In this document: positions 39,114-48,448 of the stretch, piece after piece
How the letters are laid out: every line of letters starts with the position of its first letter
Numbering within the stretch: the stretch's first letter is position 1
From: Coprobacillus sp.
GTDB taxonomy: Bacteria; Bacillota_I; Bacilli_A; RFN20; CAG-826
Assembly (NCBI GenBank): GCA_021203815.1
Contig: JAJQAL010000022.1
Location: 1 to 62,516, forward strand
DNA: 62,516 bases
Direction of reading: 5' to 3'
Made by a program: the position numbers and the translations under genes
The notes under the pieces: generated by a model
Database searches by the model: none
What the model was told of the DNA's origin: nothing
The model's input: only the letters and a program-made list of their open reading frames with translations

Positions 39114-39191
39114 TTTAGCCTCCATCTTAACTATAGCATTTAAGAATATACAATAATTTACAATTCTTTTCAATAAAGAATTATAAAATCA

Positions 39192-41906
39192 TTACTCACT
39201 TCGTAAAACCACAGCGGGATCACGTCTTGACGCAATAGTGGCGGGGATAAGCCCTGAAATCAAAGTGAGGACAAATGATATGACTGGAAGGAGAAGGGCC
39301 CAATACCACTTTAGGATCACTCTCATTCCAATAGAGAGGAATCTATTTATCACAAACATAATCGGTAAATCGATTAATAGACCCAGTAGGACACCGATAA
39401 TACCGGCTAATAGACCAATAATAAATGTCTCAGCGTTAAAGACGGTACTAATATCCATTCGCCGTGCTCCCATAGCACGTAAAATACCGATTTCTTTACT
39501 TCTTTCAAGCACGCTAACATAGGTAATAACCCCAATCATGACGCACGACACCACAAGGGATATCGCTATAATAGCGATAAGAACATAGGAAATGGCGTCC
39601 ACAATCGTTTCAACACTATCCAGTAATGAGGAGACAGTGTCCGTAGCCACTACCATATGTTCACTAATATAGGCGAGTCTACCTTCTACTGTCGCTTCAT
39701 CCCCGTATTCAGCATCATATCTCTCGCTGAGATAGGTTTCGTAGTCAGCAAACATATTGTCGAGATTATCTTTACTTTCAAATGTCTTTGGATAGATATA
39801 GATACTTTCTGGGTCAGAAATATCGACCGCTCCAAAGGTCTTGAGGTTACTAGCAGCACTATCGCTATCTTCATTCCCCGTTAAAACATCAATATCAGGG
39901 TGATTCTTTTGAGCGAGAATAACATTGGTTTTTTCGGTTTCATAGCCGGGAACGCTCCCGCTATTATTTTCCATATCGATGAGATATTCAGTTAAAGAGG
40001 GAAGATAACCAACCGCTCCAGAAATAATGGACATGGTGCTCCCTTCTTTTGGCTTTATGATTCCACTGACTTTAAGCGTTAGTGTATCCTCGCTATGAAG
40101 GACGGCGTCTTCTAGATCTTCACCGCTCTTCTTCTCGTAGTGACCGCCTAAAGGTTCAACATAATCATCATCAGTATCGGCTTCAGGTTCGCTACCCGTG
40201 TCTTCATCTTCAACAAAATCATAAAGGCGATACTGCATAGGAATAATGAACTCGGTTTTGCATAGATCTTCATAGTCCATCGCAAACTCATGGTTAGGAG
40301 TAACATGATCAAAAACAACACTTGAGGAAGTCGAATTAATGAATTTTTCCATTAGGTTCTGCGGAGTTTTTAAGCCCATACCAATTAATTGATGGTCTCC
40401 TAGTGTATCGTTTTCACTTGTCACGATTACAACTTCATCGTAGTTTTTAGGCATTTCTCCATAAACCACCTCATAATTGTCATCAATTATTTTGTTATAA
40501 TCCTGATTTGGGTAGTTTTTATAGTCATAGTTAGGAATTAATTCTTCATAAATGGTGACCCCATCGAGAACGCCTTCAAGATAATCAGCATATCCTCGAG
40601 ATATAGCTTCTTGAGTTGTGGAGTATTCACTATGATCGCCTCTCATAAGATCATATGGGTAGGCTCTAGCAAATTCATCGCCATAGGTGGTATAAACTTC
40701 CTGACCTATTCCATATGTATACTGAATAGCGTTAATATCATCTCCATATTTATTCATCGTGGAATCGAGTTCAAGGAACTCTTTAAACATTTGAGTGTCA
40801 CTTGTCACATGGGCTCTACCAAATAAAGTCACTATATAGGAGAAGGTTCCCTCTTCAGTGACGTCTCCTTCTCTAACCTCTTCTTCGTCGCCTCCACCTC
40901 CACCGCCTCCAGAGGAGCTAGTGGAACCGGAAAGAAGACTACTTAAATCAGTTGAACTTTTAGAGATAGTTAAAGGATAGGCGCTTAAGGCTCCCATTTG
41001 GACATCATCCATAAAGCCATTAAATCCAGCGGTTAATGACAGGACTAAAGTAATACCTATAATTCCAATTGAGCCCGCGAGGGTGATAAGGATAGTTCGT
41101 GTCCTTTTTGTCCATAAATTATTAAAAGAAAGGCTAAGAGCGGTCCCAAAGGACATACTTGTTCTAATCTTACTGCCTTTATATATCTGAGTGTCTGGAG
41201 TTACTTCGTAGGTTTCATTACTATCATCATATGGGTCAGAGTCATCAATAAGAGATCCATCATTCATTTTGACCACTCTCGTTGCGTATTCATTTGCGAG
41301 CTCTGGGTTATGGGTAACCATAATCACAAGAATAGATTTAGAAAGCTCTTTAAGAATATCCATAATTTGAACGGAAGTATCACTATCGAGAGCCCCGGTT
41401 GGTTCATCCGCTAAAATAATTTCTGGATTATTTATAAGGGCACGGGCAATAGCGACTCTCTGCTCTTGTCCACCGCTGAGTTGATTTGGTTTCTTTTTCT
41501 CATACCCTTTAAGCCCGACCTTTTCGAGGATCTCATAGGCTCTTTGACGTCTTTCCTTTTTACTCACACCCGCAATAATGAGAGCGAGTTCAACGTTTCT
41601 TAAGATACTAACATGGTTAATGAGGTTATAAGACTGAAAAACAAAACCAATAGAGTGGTTACGATATGTATCCCAATCTCTTTCAGTATAATCATGGGTA
41701 CTTTCACCCTTAATTATTAGATCACCATCAGTGTAATGGTCAAGACCACCGATGATATTTAAAAAAGTGGTTTTGCCGCACCCACTGGGTCCCAAAACCG
41801 CAACAAACTCATGAGGTCTAAAACTAATATTAATCCCCTTAAGTGCGTTAACAACCGGCTGGTTCTTAACTATATAGTCTTTCTTGATATCGACAAGTTT
41901 TAACAT
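39192..41906 (-). CDS. Fused ABC ATPase + FtsX/MacB-type permease with a ~480-aa extracytoplasmic domain
   Basis: N-terminal [24 protein letters not shown] and [12 protein letters not shown]-terminal FtsX motif [19 protein letters not shown] with three terminal TM helices. One TM helix after the ATPase domain, and a Gly7 run in the ectodomain. Confidence 0.9.
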   Translation of the reverse strand: MLKLVDIKKDYIVKNQPVVNALKGINISFRPHEFVAVLGPSGCGKTTFLNIIGGLDHYTDGDLIIKGESTHDYTERDWDTYRNHSIGFVFQSYNLINHVSILRNVELALIIAGVSKKERRQRAYEILEKVGLKGYEKKKPNQLSGGQEQRVAIARALINNPEIILADEPTGALDSDTSVQIMDILKELSKSILVIMVTHNPELANEYATRVVKMNDGSLIDDSDPYDDSNETYEVTPDTQIYKGSKIRTSMSFGTALSLSFNNLWTKRTRTILITLAGSIGIIGITLVLSLTAGFNGFMDDVQMGALSAYPLTISKSSTDLSSLLSGSTSSSGGGGGGGDEEEVREGDVTEEGTFSYIVTLFGRAHVTSDTQMFKEFLELDSTMNKYGDDINAIQYTYGIGQEVYTTYGDEFARAYPYDLMRGDHSEYSTTQEAISRGYADYLEGVLDGVTIYEELIPNYDYKNYPNQDYNKIIDDNYEVVYGEMPKNYDEVVIVTSENDTLGDHQLIGMGLKTPQNLMEKFINSTSSSVVFDHVTPNHEFAMDYEDLCKTEFIIPMQYRLYDFVEDEDTGSEPEADTDDDYVEPLGGHYEKKSGEDLEDAVLHSEDTLTLKVSGIIKPKEGSTMSIISGAVGYLPSLTEYLIDMENNSGSVPGYETEKTNVILAQKNHPDIDVLTGNEDSDSAASNLKTFGAVDISDPESIYIYPKTFESKDNLDNMFADYETYLSERYDAEYGDEATVEGRLAYISEHMVVATDTVSSLLDSVETIVDAISYVLIAIIAISLVVSCVMIGVITYVSVLERSKEIGILRAMGARRMDISTVFNAETFIIGLLAGIIGVLLGLLIDLPIMFVINRFLSIGMRVILKWYWALLLPVISFVLTLISGLIPATIASRRDPAVVLRSE

Positions 41907-42003
41907 AAATCCCCTGTTGAATGGTATTGTACCATAATTTCTGGGGTATGTGGGTGCGTTTTTTAGTACAAAATGAAAAGAGGCGAGAAATGCAAAGTTT
42001 TAA

Positions 42004-43212
42004 CTATTCAAAAATTTCTTTTGCGAGGGAAGCGAAGGCTAAAGAGCCCGTAATTAATATAACATCATCGGGAAAATCGCTCATTTTTTGCTGAATTAAC
42101 TCTTGATAATCATTAACAAATGAATATTCTTCAAGATAGAGGAAATATTCATCCTCTGTTCTCGCTCTTTCATGAGGAAAAGTAGTAAGAGTTATGTCGT
42201 CACACATATAGTTTAAAGACGAAAGCATTCCTTCAAGATTTTTATCTCGAAAACAGGCAAAAATTATATGGATTGGGCGGCCTTCTGCAACTTTTTCAAT
42301 GCTATCTGCAAGGTTTTTAGTGGCCTCGACATTATGAGCACCGTCGATAATAACAAGCGGTTTCTCGCATACAATATCCATTCTAAGTGCAAACCTCATG
42401 CTAAGTAAGCCGTTTCGGATGTTAGTTTCCGAAACTGGAAGAACATGATTTATTATTTTAGTGGCTTCAATTGCGATAGAGGCATCTTGAATTGAATAGA
42501 GGGATTTAGATTTAATCTCGAGATCTGAATATGGAGCGTAAGTAAATGAATAGCCGTCACTAATAAGCCGCTCATGAACATAACTACCACAGGTATGGAA
42601 CTCACTATTTTTACGTCGTGCATAGTCGTTTATCACCTTGAGGTCTTCTTCATCAAGACTTCCCACTAAAGATGGAACACTATCTTTAATAATTCCGGCT
42701 TTAGCTAGAGCAATTTCAGAAGTTGTTCTTCCAAGTTGCTCCGTATGCTCTAGGGAGACCGAAGTAATAATAGAAAGAATCGGCGTAAATATATTAGTAG
42801 CGTCTTCTTCTCCGCCCATCCCGCATTCAATAATAGCGAGGTCTATATCGCATTCCATAAAATAAATAAAAGCAATAAATGTTTCTATTTCAAATTTAGA
42901 TAAGTCATATTTCTCAAACTGTTTTCTATATTGCTCTAAATAAGAAAGAAACTTCGCGTCGCTTATAGGCTCATCGTTTACTATCATCATCTCGTTTATT
43001 TCTTCCCGAAATGGAGAGGTATATAGAGCAACATTATAGCCGGCGTCACGATAAATAGAGTAAAGGTAGTGGGCTACCGAACCTTTCCCGTTAGTCCCAG
43101 CGATATGGATGGCTTTTTTAGTAAAAGAAAAGTCCTCGTTTTTTAAAAACTGAGAAAAATTTTCAATCTGATAATCGCTTCTCTTAAAATCTGCAAGAAT
43201 ATCTTCTCTCAT
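42004..43212 (-). CDS. folC: Folylpolyglutamate synthase / dihydrofolate synthase (Mur ligase family)
   Basis: P-loop IHIAGTNGKGSV and DGAHN motif (IIDGAHNVEA). ATGA overlap with smpB. Confidence 0.88.
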   Translation of the reverse strand: MREDILADFKRSDYQIENFSQFLKNEDFSFTKKAIHIAGTNGKGSVAHYLYSIYRDAGYNVALYTSPFREEINEMMIVNDEPISDAKFLSYLEQYRKQFEKYDLSKFEIETFIAFIYFMECDIDLAIIECGMGGEEDATNIFTPILSIITSVSLEHTEQLGRTTSEIALAKAGIIKDSVPSLVGSLDEEDLKVINDYARRKNSEFHTCGSYVHERLISDGYSFTYAPYSDLEIKSKSLYSIQDASIAIEATKIINHVLPVSETNIRNGLLSMRFALRMDIVCEKPLVIIDGAHNVEATKNLADSIEKVAEGRPIHIIFACFRDKNLEGMLSSLNYMCDDITLTTFPHERARTEDEYFLYLEEYSFVNDYQELIQQKMSDFPDDVILITGSLAFASLAKEIFE

Positions 43213-43688
43213 TGATTATTCTTCTCCTTCATATTCTTATCGATTTCTCGGTCGATATCTCTCTTCTTTATAGTTTCACGTTTATCATAAAGTTTTTTAC
43301 CTTTAGCTAGCGCTATCTCAAGTTTAGCTTTGCCGTGTGAAAAATATATTTTAGTGGGGACGACTGTATATCCTTCCTTTTGAATCTTAGCCATGAAATA
43401 ATTAATTTCTTTTTTATGGAGAAGAAGGTCTCTAGTCCTAAGCGGATCATGATTAAAGATATTTCCCTCTTCATAAGGAGCGATATGCATATTAATAATT
43501 TGAGGGATGCCGTCACTAGTAAAAGTCACGTAAGCATCAGAAAGGTTACAGCCGTGCACTCTGAGTGATTTTATCTCTGTTCCTTTAAGAGCGATACCAG
43601 CCTCAGTAAAATCGCTTAGATAGTAATTAAAACTAGCTTTACGATTTGTGGAAATAATCTTAATGCCTTCTTTTTTGGGTTTATTCAT
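43209..43688 (-). CDS. smpB: SsrA-binding protein SmpB
   Basis: 159 aa, typical SmpB (GIALKGTEIKSLR ... LLLHKKEI). Confidence 0.96.
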   Translation of the reverse strand: MNKPKKEGIKIISTNRKASFNYYLSDFTEAGIALKGTEIKSLRVHGCNLSDAYVTFTSDGIPQIINMHIAPYEEGNIFNHDPLRTRDLLLHKKEINYFMAKIQKEGYTVVPTKIYFSHGKAKLEIALAKGKKLYDKRETIKKRDIDREIDKNMKEKNNQ

Positions 43689-43756
43689 AATTTAATATAA
43701 TATCATAATCAGTTAGTTTTCTTAAAATTAAACTATTATAATTTTAAAGGAGCAAT

Positions 43757-44506
43757 ATGAGTAAAATAGATGAACTTTATGATGTAATTAAAAACTCCTC
43801 TTCCATAGTGGTTTTTACCGGCGCCGGTATATCCACTGCAAGCGGAATTCCTGACTTCCGTGGAACAAACGGAATTTTTGTCACAAATGATAAAAAATAT
43901 TCCTATCCTGCGGAGGAAATAATTTCTCATTCTTTCTTTTACTATAATACCGAGCAGTTCTATCAGTTCTATAAAGAGAAGATGTGTTTCCCAAGCGCTA
44001 AACCTAACGCCGCACATAAATACTTCGCAGATCTCGAGAAAAAAGGAAAAAATGTGACCGTAGTTACACAAAATATTGATGGGCTCCACCAGGCAGCGGG
44101 TTCTAAGAGAGTCTATGAACTTCATGGATCAATACATAGAAATTACTGTGAAGATTGTCATAAGTTCTATGATTTAAATTATGTCCTTAGTCAAGACGGC
44201 GTTCCTAAGTGCTCTGAGTGCGGGGGAATTATTAAACCTGATGTAGTCTTATATGAAGAAGGGCTTGATGATAACACAGTGAGCCTCGCTATAAGCGCGA
44301 TTATGACCTGCGACACTATGATAATTATTGGAACATCCTTAAGAGTCTATCCAGCGGCCTCATTTGTTAGATACTTTAGAGGCAAAAACCTCGTTCTCAT
44401 AAATAAAGATAAGACATCTTATGACGAGATGTGCACTCTTGCTATCTATGATGATGTGATTAATGTGGTAAATGAATTAAATGAAAAAGATAACGCTATT
44501 CTTTGA
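43757..44506 (+). CDS. cobB: NAD-dependent protein deacylase (Sir2/CobB family)
   Basis: GAGISTASGIPDFRG, QNIDGLH, catalytic HGS, and a zinc ribbon CEDC...CSEC. 249 aa, a stand-alone sirtuin core. Confidence 0.92.
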   Translation: MSKIDELYDVIKNSSSIVVFTGAGISTASGIPDFRGTNGIFVTNDKKYSYPAEEIISHSFFYYNTEQFYQFYKEKMCFPSAKPNAAHKYFADLEKKGKNVTVVTQNIDGLHQAAGSKRVYELHGSIHRNYCEDCHKFYDLNYVLSQDGVPKCSECGGIIKPDVVLYEEGLDDNTVSLAISAIMTCDTMIIIGTSLRVYPAASFVRYFRGKNLVLINKDKTSYDEMCTLAIYDDVINVVNELNEKDNAIL

Positions 44507-45149
44507 CCTAGATGGGACTTTATTAAATACCCTAGATGACCTTAAAGAGGCCACCAATTTTGCTTTAGAAAAACTTGGATATCCTATTAGAACCCTTGCA
44601 GAAATCCAGTCTTTTGTTGGAAATGGAGTGGCTAAATTAATTGCTAGATCAATCCCAAATAACGAGGATAATCCTGACTATGAAGAGTGCTTAAGACTAT
44701 TTACAGAATACTATAATGAGCATTACGACATCTATACAAAACCTTATGATGGCATATTAGATTTATTAAAGAAATTAAAAGCGGAAGATAAATACACTCT
44801 CGTTGTGGTCTCAAATAAACTAGTTAACATCACTAAAATTCTCGTGAGCGAGATGTTCCCAGGTATCTTCGACTATGTCGAAGGAGATAGAGAAGGGCAA
44901 AATAAAAAACCGCATCCTGATATGATAAATCACGTCGTTAGTAAGTCTGAAATTGATCTTGCTAATAGTTTAGTCATTGGAGACTCCGCGGTGGACCTAG
45001 AAATGGGAAATAATGTTGGAGCAAAAACTATTCTAGTCAGCTGGGGATTTAGAGAAAGAAAAGATTTAGAGAATCTAGGGGCTATCGCTATTGTAGATAA
45101 TACAAGTGAACTATATAGTGCAATTAGTAATTGGAGCGATTCTTTATGA
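44481..45149 (+). CDS. HAD-IA hydrolase (phosphoglycolate phosphatase / PpaX-like)
   Basis: Motif I FFDLDGTLLNT, VVSNK, and GDSAVDLEMG. 26-nt overlap with the sirtuin gene. Confidence 0.85.
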   Translation: MKKITLFFDLDGTLLNTLDDLKEATNFALEKLGYPIRTLAEIQSFVGNGVAKLIARSIPNNEDNPDYEECLRLFTEYYNEHYDIYTKPYDGILDLLKKLKAEDKYTLVVVSNKLVNITKILVSEMFPGIFDYVEGDREGQNKKPHPDMINHVVSKSEIDLANSLVIGDSAVDLEMGNNVGAKTILVSWGFRERKDLENLGAIAIVDNTSELYSAISNWSDSL

Positions 45150-45961
45150 AAGAAATTAATCTAAAATACATAAATAATATCCGAGATTTGGGCGGATATA
45201 AAACAAATGACGGGAAAACTGTTAAGAATAATAGACTTATTAGAAGTAGCGTTTTATGGAAACTTGAAGACGAGGATATCTCTACTTTAGTGGACACTCT
45301 TCATGTCGATAAAGTGATTGATTTAAGAAATCTTGATGAGAGAGAAAGCTCTCCTGATATCGAGATTCCAGGAGTGGAGAATATCCATTTACCAATTTTC
45401 CCTCAAAATGAAAATGATGCTCTATCTAGAATAGATGATGAACTTAAAGGCCTTTCCTTTACTAGAAAGTTAGAACACTTCTATGACACTATTGAAGGAT
45501 TTAACGTGTTCAGTCTTATGAATATGAATTACATCATGTTCATATCTGATGAGCACTGCTTAAAACAGTTTAGAGTGTTAATTGATTATCTTCTTAAAGA
45601 AGATAATGTTCATGCAATTCTATACCACTGCGCTGGGGGAAAAGATAGGGCGGGTGTGGCCTCCTTCCTTATTCTCGCTCTTCTAGGGGTAGACGAAGAG
45701 ACTCTTAAGTACGACTATATGGTTACAGATAAATATGTAAGAAGAGAGTTTGATGGGGCTGCAGAAAGAGCGAGAGCGTATTCAGATAGACCCCATTTAG
45801 TGGAAATCCTTGATGGAACGATTAATGTCCATGAAGAATATATCGACGGCATGATTAACTACATGAAAGAAAAAGAAGGGGATATCCTCTTATACATAAA
45901 AAAATATTTCTCCATTACTGATGAAGAAATATCCATATTAAGAGATAAATATTTAGATTAA
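45146..45961 (+). CDS. Tyrosine-phosphatase-like protein (Y_phosphatase3 type, CX5R)
   Basis: Active-site HCAGGKDRAG. ATG 45146 overlaps the HAD stop (ATGA) and has GGAG 9 nt upstream. The ORF-track TTG at 45131 is less likely. Confidence 0.85.
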   Translation: MKEINLKYINNIRDLGGYKTNDGKTVKNNRLIRSSVLWKLEDEDISTLVDTLHVDKVIDLRNLDERESSPDIEIPGVENIHLPIFPQNENDALSRIDDELKGLSFTRKLEHFYDTIEGFNVFSLMNMNYIMFISDEHCLKQFRVLIDYLLKEDNVHAILYHCAGGKDRAGVASFLILALLGVDEETLKYDYMVTDKYVRREFDGAAERARAYSDRPHLVEILDGTINVHEEYIDGMINYMKEKEGDILLYIKKYFSITDEEISILRDKYLD

Positions 45962-46459
45962 TTATAGAGAGTTCATTCTATTAATAATAAATGACCTAAG
46001 TGATTCTCTTGGAACATTATAAGTTAGTTCAAGTTCATCAAAGAGAATATTTTCCGCTGACTCAAGAAGCTCGATATCAATAGGGCCGAATTTCACATTC
46101 TCAGGAAGTTCATTAGATTCTAACTCATCATAGTATAAATAAAGCTGCTTAGCGAGGTAGATGATATCGTGAATAGATCCAGAAGATAGTTTCTTTTTAA
46201 AATAATCACGACGCTGCTTCGTGTTGGCAATAATTTCATCATTGAGAGACTTCATGTAAAGGAGTATGTTGTCCGCATTCTCAACGGACATAATGTCTCT
46301 AATAATCGCCTTTGCATTATCGACAGGAACAAAGATATTCTCTCCGTCCCCTCGTCTGGCCTTAAGTGTGTAATACTGTTTCCCATTGATATCCGTTATA
46401 TCAACAATATCACATAGGCCCTCTCTTCGATGAATAACTAATGAGTTAACTTCGTACAT
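45962..46459 (-). CDS. CarD/CdnL-family transcription regulator-like protein
   Basis: The N-terminal Tudor-like segment (VNSLVIHRREGLCDIVDI...YYTLKA...FVPVDNA) and helical C-terminal half resemble small CarD_CdnL_TRCF proteins of Bacillota. Confidence 0.6.
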   Translation of the reverse strand: MYEVNSLVIHRREGLCDIVDITDINGKQYYTLKARRGDGENIFVPVDNAKAIIRDIMSVENADNILLYMKSLNDEIIANTKQRRDYFKKKLSSGSIHDIIYLAKQLYLYYDELESNELPENVKFGPIDIELLESAENILFDELELTYNVPRESLRSFIINRMNSL

Positions 46460-46563
46460 TTGTTATTCACATCCCATATATATTATGCCAGTTTTAAAAG
46501 GTTTTTTTAACAAAAATTTTTTTCTGGTTATGAAAATACAATAAATCTAATATAATAAATGCC

Positions 46564-47616
46564 ATGAATAAAGACGGAAAAATAAGCGTAAATATGCTCT
46601 CAAAGGCTGACTCTGTCGAGGGACAGGGGGTCGGAAGTGCGTACCTCGAGCAAGTCGCTCTCATAAGAGAAATGAGTGATATTTTTGAGGTAAGTATTAA
46701 CTCCCATAAAAAGGCGGATATCGTTCATGTCCACTCAATTAACCTCAGATTATGGTTTAGGTTTAGAAAAAGAAAAGGGATAAGAGTGATGTACTGTCAC
46801 TTCCTTCCTGATACCCTTAGGGGATCAATTAAACTTCCTAAACCTTTCTTTAATATATTTTGCAAATATGTGATGAACTTTTATAAGAAAGCTAAATATC
46901 TCGTGGTGGTTAATCCAGTCTTTATTGATGAACTTGTTAAATTAGGAGTTAAAAAAGAATCTATTGTCTATATTCCTAACTTTGTTAGTGAAAAAGATTT
47001 CTCCCCGATTAGTGATGAATCCCTTTTAAATGAGTACAAAGTAAAATATAAAATACCACTCGATAAACCTATCATATTAGGATGCGGACAGATTCAAACT
47101 AGAAAAGGGGTCTTTGATTTTATTGACCTTGCTAAAAGTAATCCTGATATCACTTTCCTCTGGGTCGGTGGATTCTCTTTTGGAATGATAACTGATGGAT
47201 ATTCAGAGCTTAAGAAAATCGTGGATAATCCACCCGCTAATGTCGTCTTTACCGGCATTATTCCTCGAAGCGAGATGAACTATATTTATAACTTATCTGA
47301 CGCTCTACTCATGACCTCATATAATGAGCTCTTTCCTATGACTATACTTGAAGCGGCATCCTGCGAAAAGCCTCTAATTCTTAGGGATTTAGATCTATAT
47401 CGACCAATTTTAGGGAAAGAAATCCTTGGGGAAGATATGCTTTTATGTAAAGATAATAATGAATTTGATACCGCAATTAAAAATCTAGTAAATGACCCAA
47501 CTTATAGAGATGATTTAGTAAGAAAATCAAAGTTAATTAAATCATTCTATTCTCGAGATCATGTTAAAGAGATGTGGAAGGATTTCTATCTCGATATTTA
47601 CCAAAAAGGCAAATAA
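46564..47616 (+). CDS. GT4-family glycosyltransferase (possibly a glycolipid/cell-envelope glycosyltransferase)
   Basis: GT-B fold pattern with QTRKGV and EX7E-like LEAASCEKPLILRD. The donor/acceptor assignment is inference only. Confidence 0.8.
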   Translation: MNKDGKISVNMLSKADSVEGQGVGSAYLEQVALIREMSDIFEVSINSHKKADIVHVHSINLRLWFRFRKRKGIRVMYCHFLPDTLRGSIKLPKPFFNIFCKYVMNFYKKAKYLVVVNPVFIDELVKLGVKKESIVYIPNFVSEKDFSPISDESLLNEYKVKYKIPLDKPIILGCGQIQTRKGVFDFIDLAKSNPDITFLWVGGFSFGMITDGYSELKKIVDNPPANVVFTGIIPRSEMNYIYNLSDALLMTSYNELFPMTILEAASCEKPLILRDLDLYRPILGKEILGEDMLLCKDNNEFDTAIKNLVNDPTYRDDLVRKSKLIKSFYSRDHVKEMWKDFYLDIYQKGK

Positions 47617-47646
47617 AAACACTACCAGTGATAGTGTCTATTTTTT
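47615..47646. terminator. Bidirectional terminator (GT4 gene / tRNA-Ala)
   Basis: ACACTA-CCAGTGA-TAGTGT (47619-24 / 47632-37), followed by CTATTTTTT on the plus strand and by a T-rich run on the minus strand. Confidence 0.55.
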
Positions 47647-47651
47647 ACAAA

Positions 47652-47727
47652 TGGTGGAGCTAAAGGGGCTCGAACCCTCGACCTCCTCCATGCCATGGAG
47701 GCGCTCTTCCAACTGAGCTACAGCCCC
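47652..47727 (-). tRNA. tRNA-Ala (anticodon GGC)
   Basis: A 76-nt cloverleaf folded by hand: acceptor GGGGCTG/TAGCTCC with the G3:U70 Ala identity pair, anticodon loop ATGGCAT, T-loop TTCGAGC, and encoded CCA. Confidence 0.93.
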
Positions 47728-47740
47728 ACTTGTAATTAAG

Positions 47741-47769
47741 ATTATAATATAACTATATTATTCATTCAA
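47741..47769 (-). promoter_or_regulatory. Promoter of tRNA-Ala
   Basis: Minus strand reads TTGAAT (47769-64), a 17-nt spacer, then TATAAT (47746-41). The tRNA 5' end lies 13 nt downstream of the -10. Confidence 0.6.
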
Positions 47770-47806
47770 GAATTCATTAAATCTAATAAAGTAAGGAGGA
47801 ATAAAT

Positions 47807-48304
47807 GTGAGTGACCCAGTATTTACTAGATGTAGCACGCGCCGCTACACGGACGAAGAAGTCAGTGAAGAAGATATTGAAACCCTTTTAAGAGCGGCGA
47901 TGCAAGCGCCATCCGCTTGTAACCAACAGCCCTGGGAGTTTTATGTCGTAAGAAATGAAGAAATAAAACCTAGGCTCAGTGCGAATAAAGATGGGATTAG
48001 AATGCTAACTGATGCTAAAGTCGTTATCGTTCCTTGCTATATTAAGAAAATTAAAGTTCCGTTCTTCCAGCTTGAAGATTTAGGAGCCTCCGTTGAAAAC
48101 CTACTCATTGAAGCAGAAGAGCTTGGTCTAGGCGCCTGCTGGATGGGAGTGGAACCAATCCCAGATAGAGTGGACCTAGTGAGAAAAACACTAGATATAC
48201 CAGATACACTTGTCCCATTTTGTCTCATCCCAATTGGCCATAAAGCGGAGACAAAGAAAATAGAGCCTCGATATAAAGAAGAAAAGGTTCATAAGATTTA
48301 TTAA
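47807..48304 (+). CDS. Nitroreductase-family protein
   Basis: 165 aa. RRYTDEEV...AMQAPSACNQQPWEF is typical of the nitroreductase fold. GTG start with AAGGAGGA 6 nt upstream. Confidence 0.88.
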   Translation: MSDPVFTRCSTRRYTDEEVSEEDIETLLRAAMQAPSACNQQPWEFYVVRNEEIKPRLSANKDGIRMLTDAKVVIVPCYIKKIKVPFFQLEDLGASVENLLIEAEELGLGACWMGVEPIPDRVDLVRKTLDIPDTLVPFCLIPIGHKAETKKIEPRYKEEKVHKIY

Positions 48305-48324
48305 AAATTGAGTAAACGAAAATG

Positions 48325-48350
48325 AAAAGCCAGCAAACGCTGACTTTTTT
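48325..48350. terminator. Weak bidirectional terminator (nitroreductase gene / tRNA-Arg)
   Basis: AAAAGCCAGC-AAAC-GCTGACTTTT: an imperfect stem with one mismatch, flanked by A and T tracts. Confidence 0.4.
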
Positions 48351-48365
48351 AAATGATTTAGGATA

Positions 48366-48442
48366 TGGCGACCTCCTCGAGACTCGAACTCGAAATCTAT
48401 CGCTTAGGAGGCGATTGCGTTATCCAATTACGCTAGGAGGCC
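48366..48442 (-). tRNA. tRNA-Arg (anticodon CCT)
   Basis: A 77-nt cloverleaf folded by hand: acceptor GGCCTCC/GGAGGTC, anticodon stem ATCGC/GCGAT with loop CTCCTAA, T-arm TCGAG-TTCGAGT-CTCGA, and encoded CCA. Confidence 0.9.
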
Positions 48443-48448
48443 GTAATA

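Noticed and set aside
40875-40905. The Gly7-encoding GGN repeat in the MacB-like gene as a contingency repeat.
   Set aside because: The codons are mixed (not a homopolymer or perfect triplet repeat), so the tract is in-frame and low-risk. It is most likely just a flexible linker.
43689-43756. A tmRNA (ssrA) gene expected near smpB.
   Set aside because: The flanking spacers are under 100 bp and contain no tRNA-like acceptor/T-arm sequence. ssrA must lie elsewhere.
43736-44125. A 129-aa minus-strand ORF overlapping the sirtuin gene.
   Set aside because: It is antisense to a CDS with complete Sir2 motifs and has no independent support.
43757-44506. The Sir2-domain protein as a possible anti-phage effector (Thoeris, DSR, or SIR2-HerA-like).
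   Set aside because: It is a 249-aa stand-alone sirtuin core with an intact Zn ribbon and CobB-type motifs. It has no fused sensor domain and no HerA, TIR or pAgo neighbour. It is flanked by housekeeping genes.
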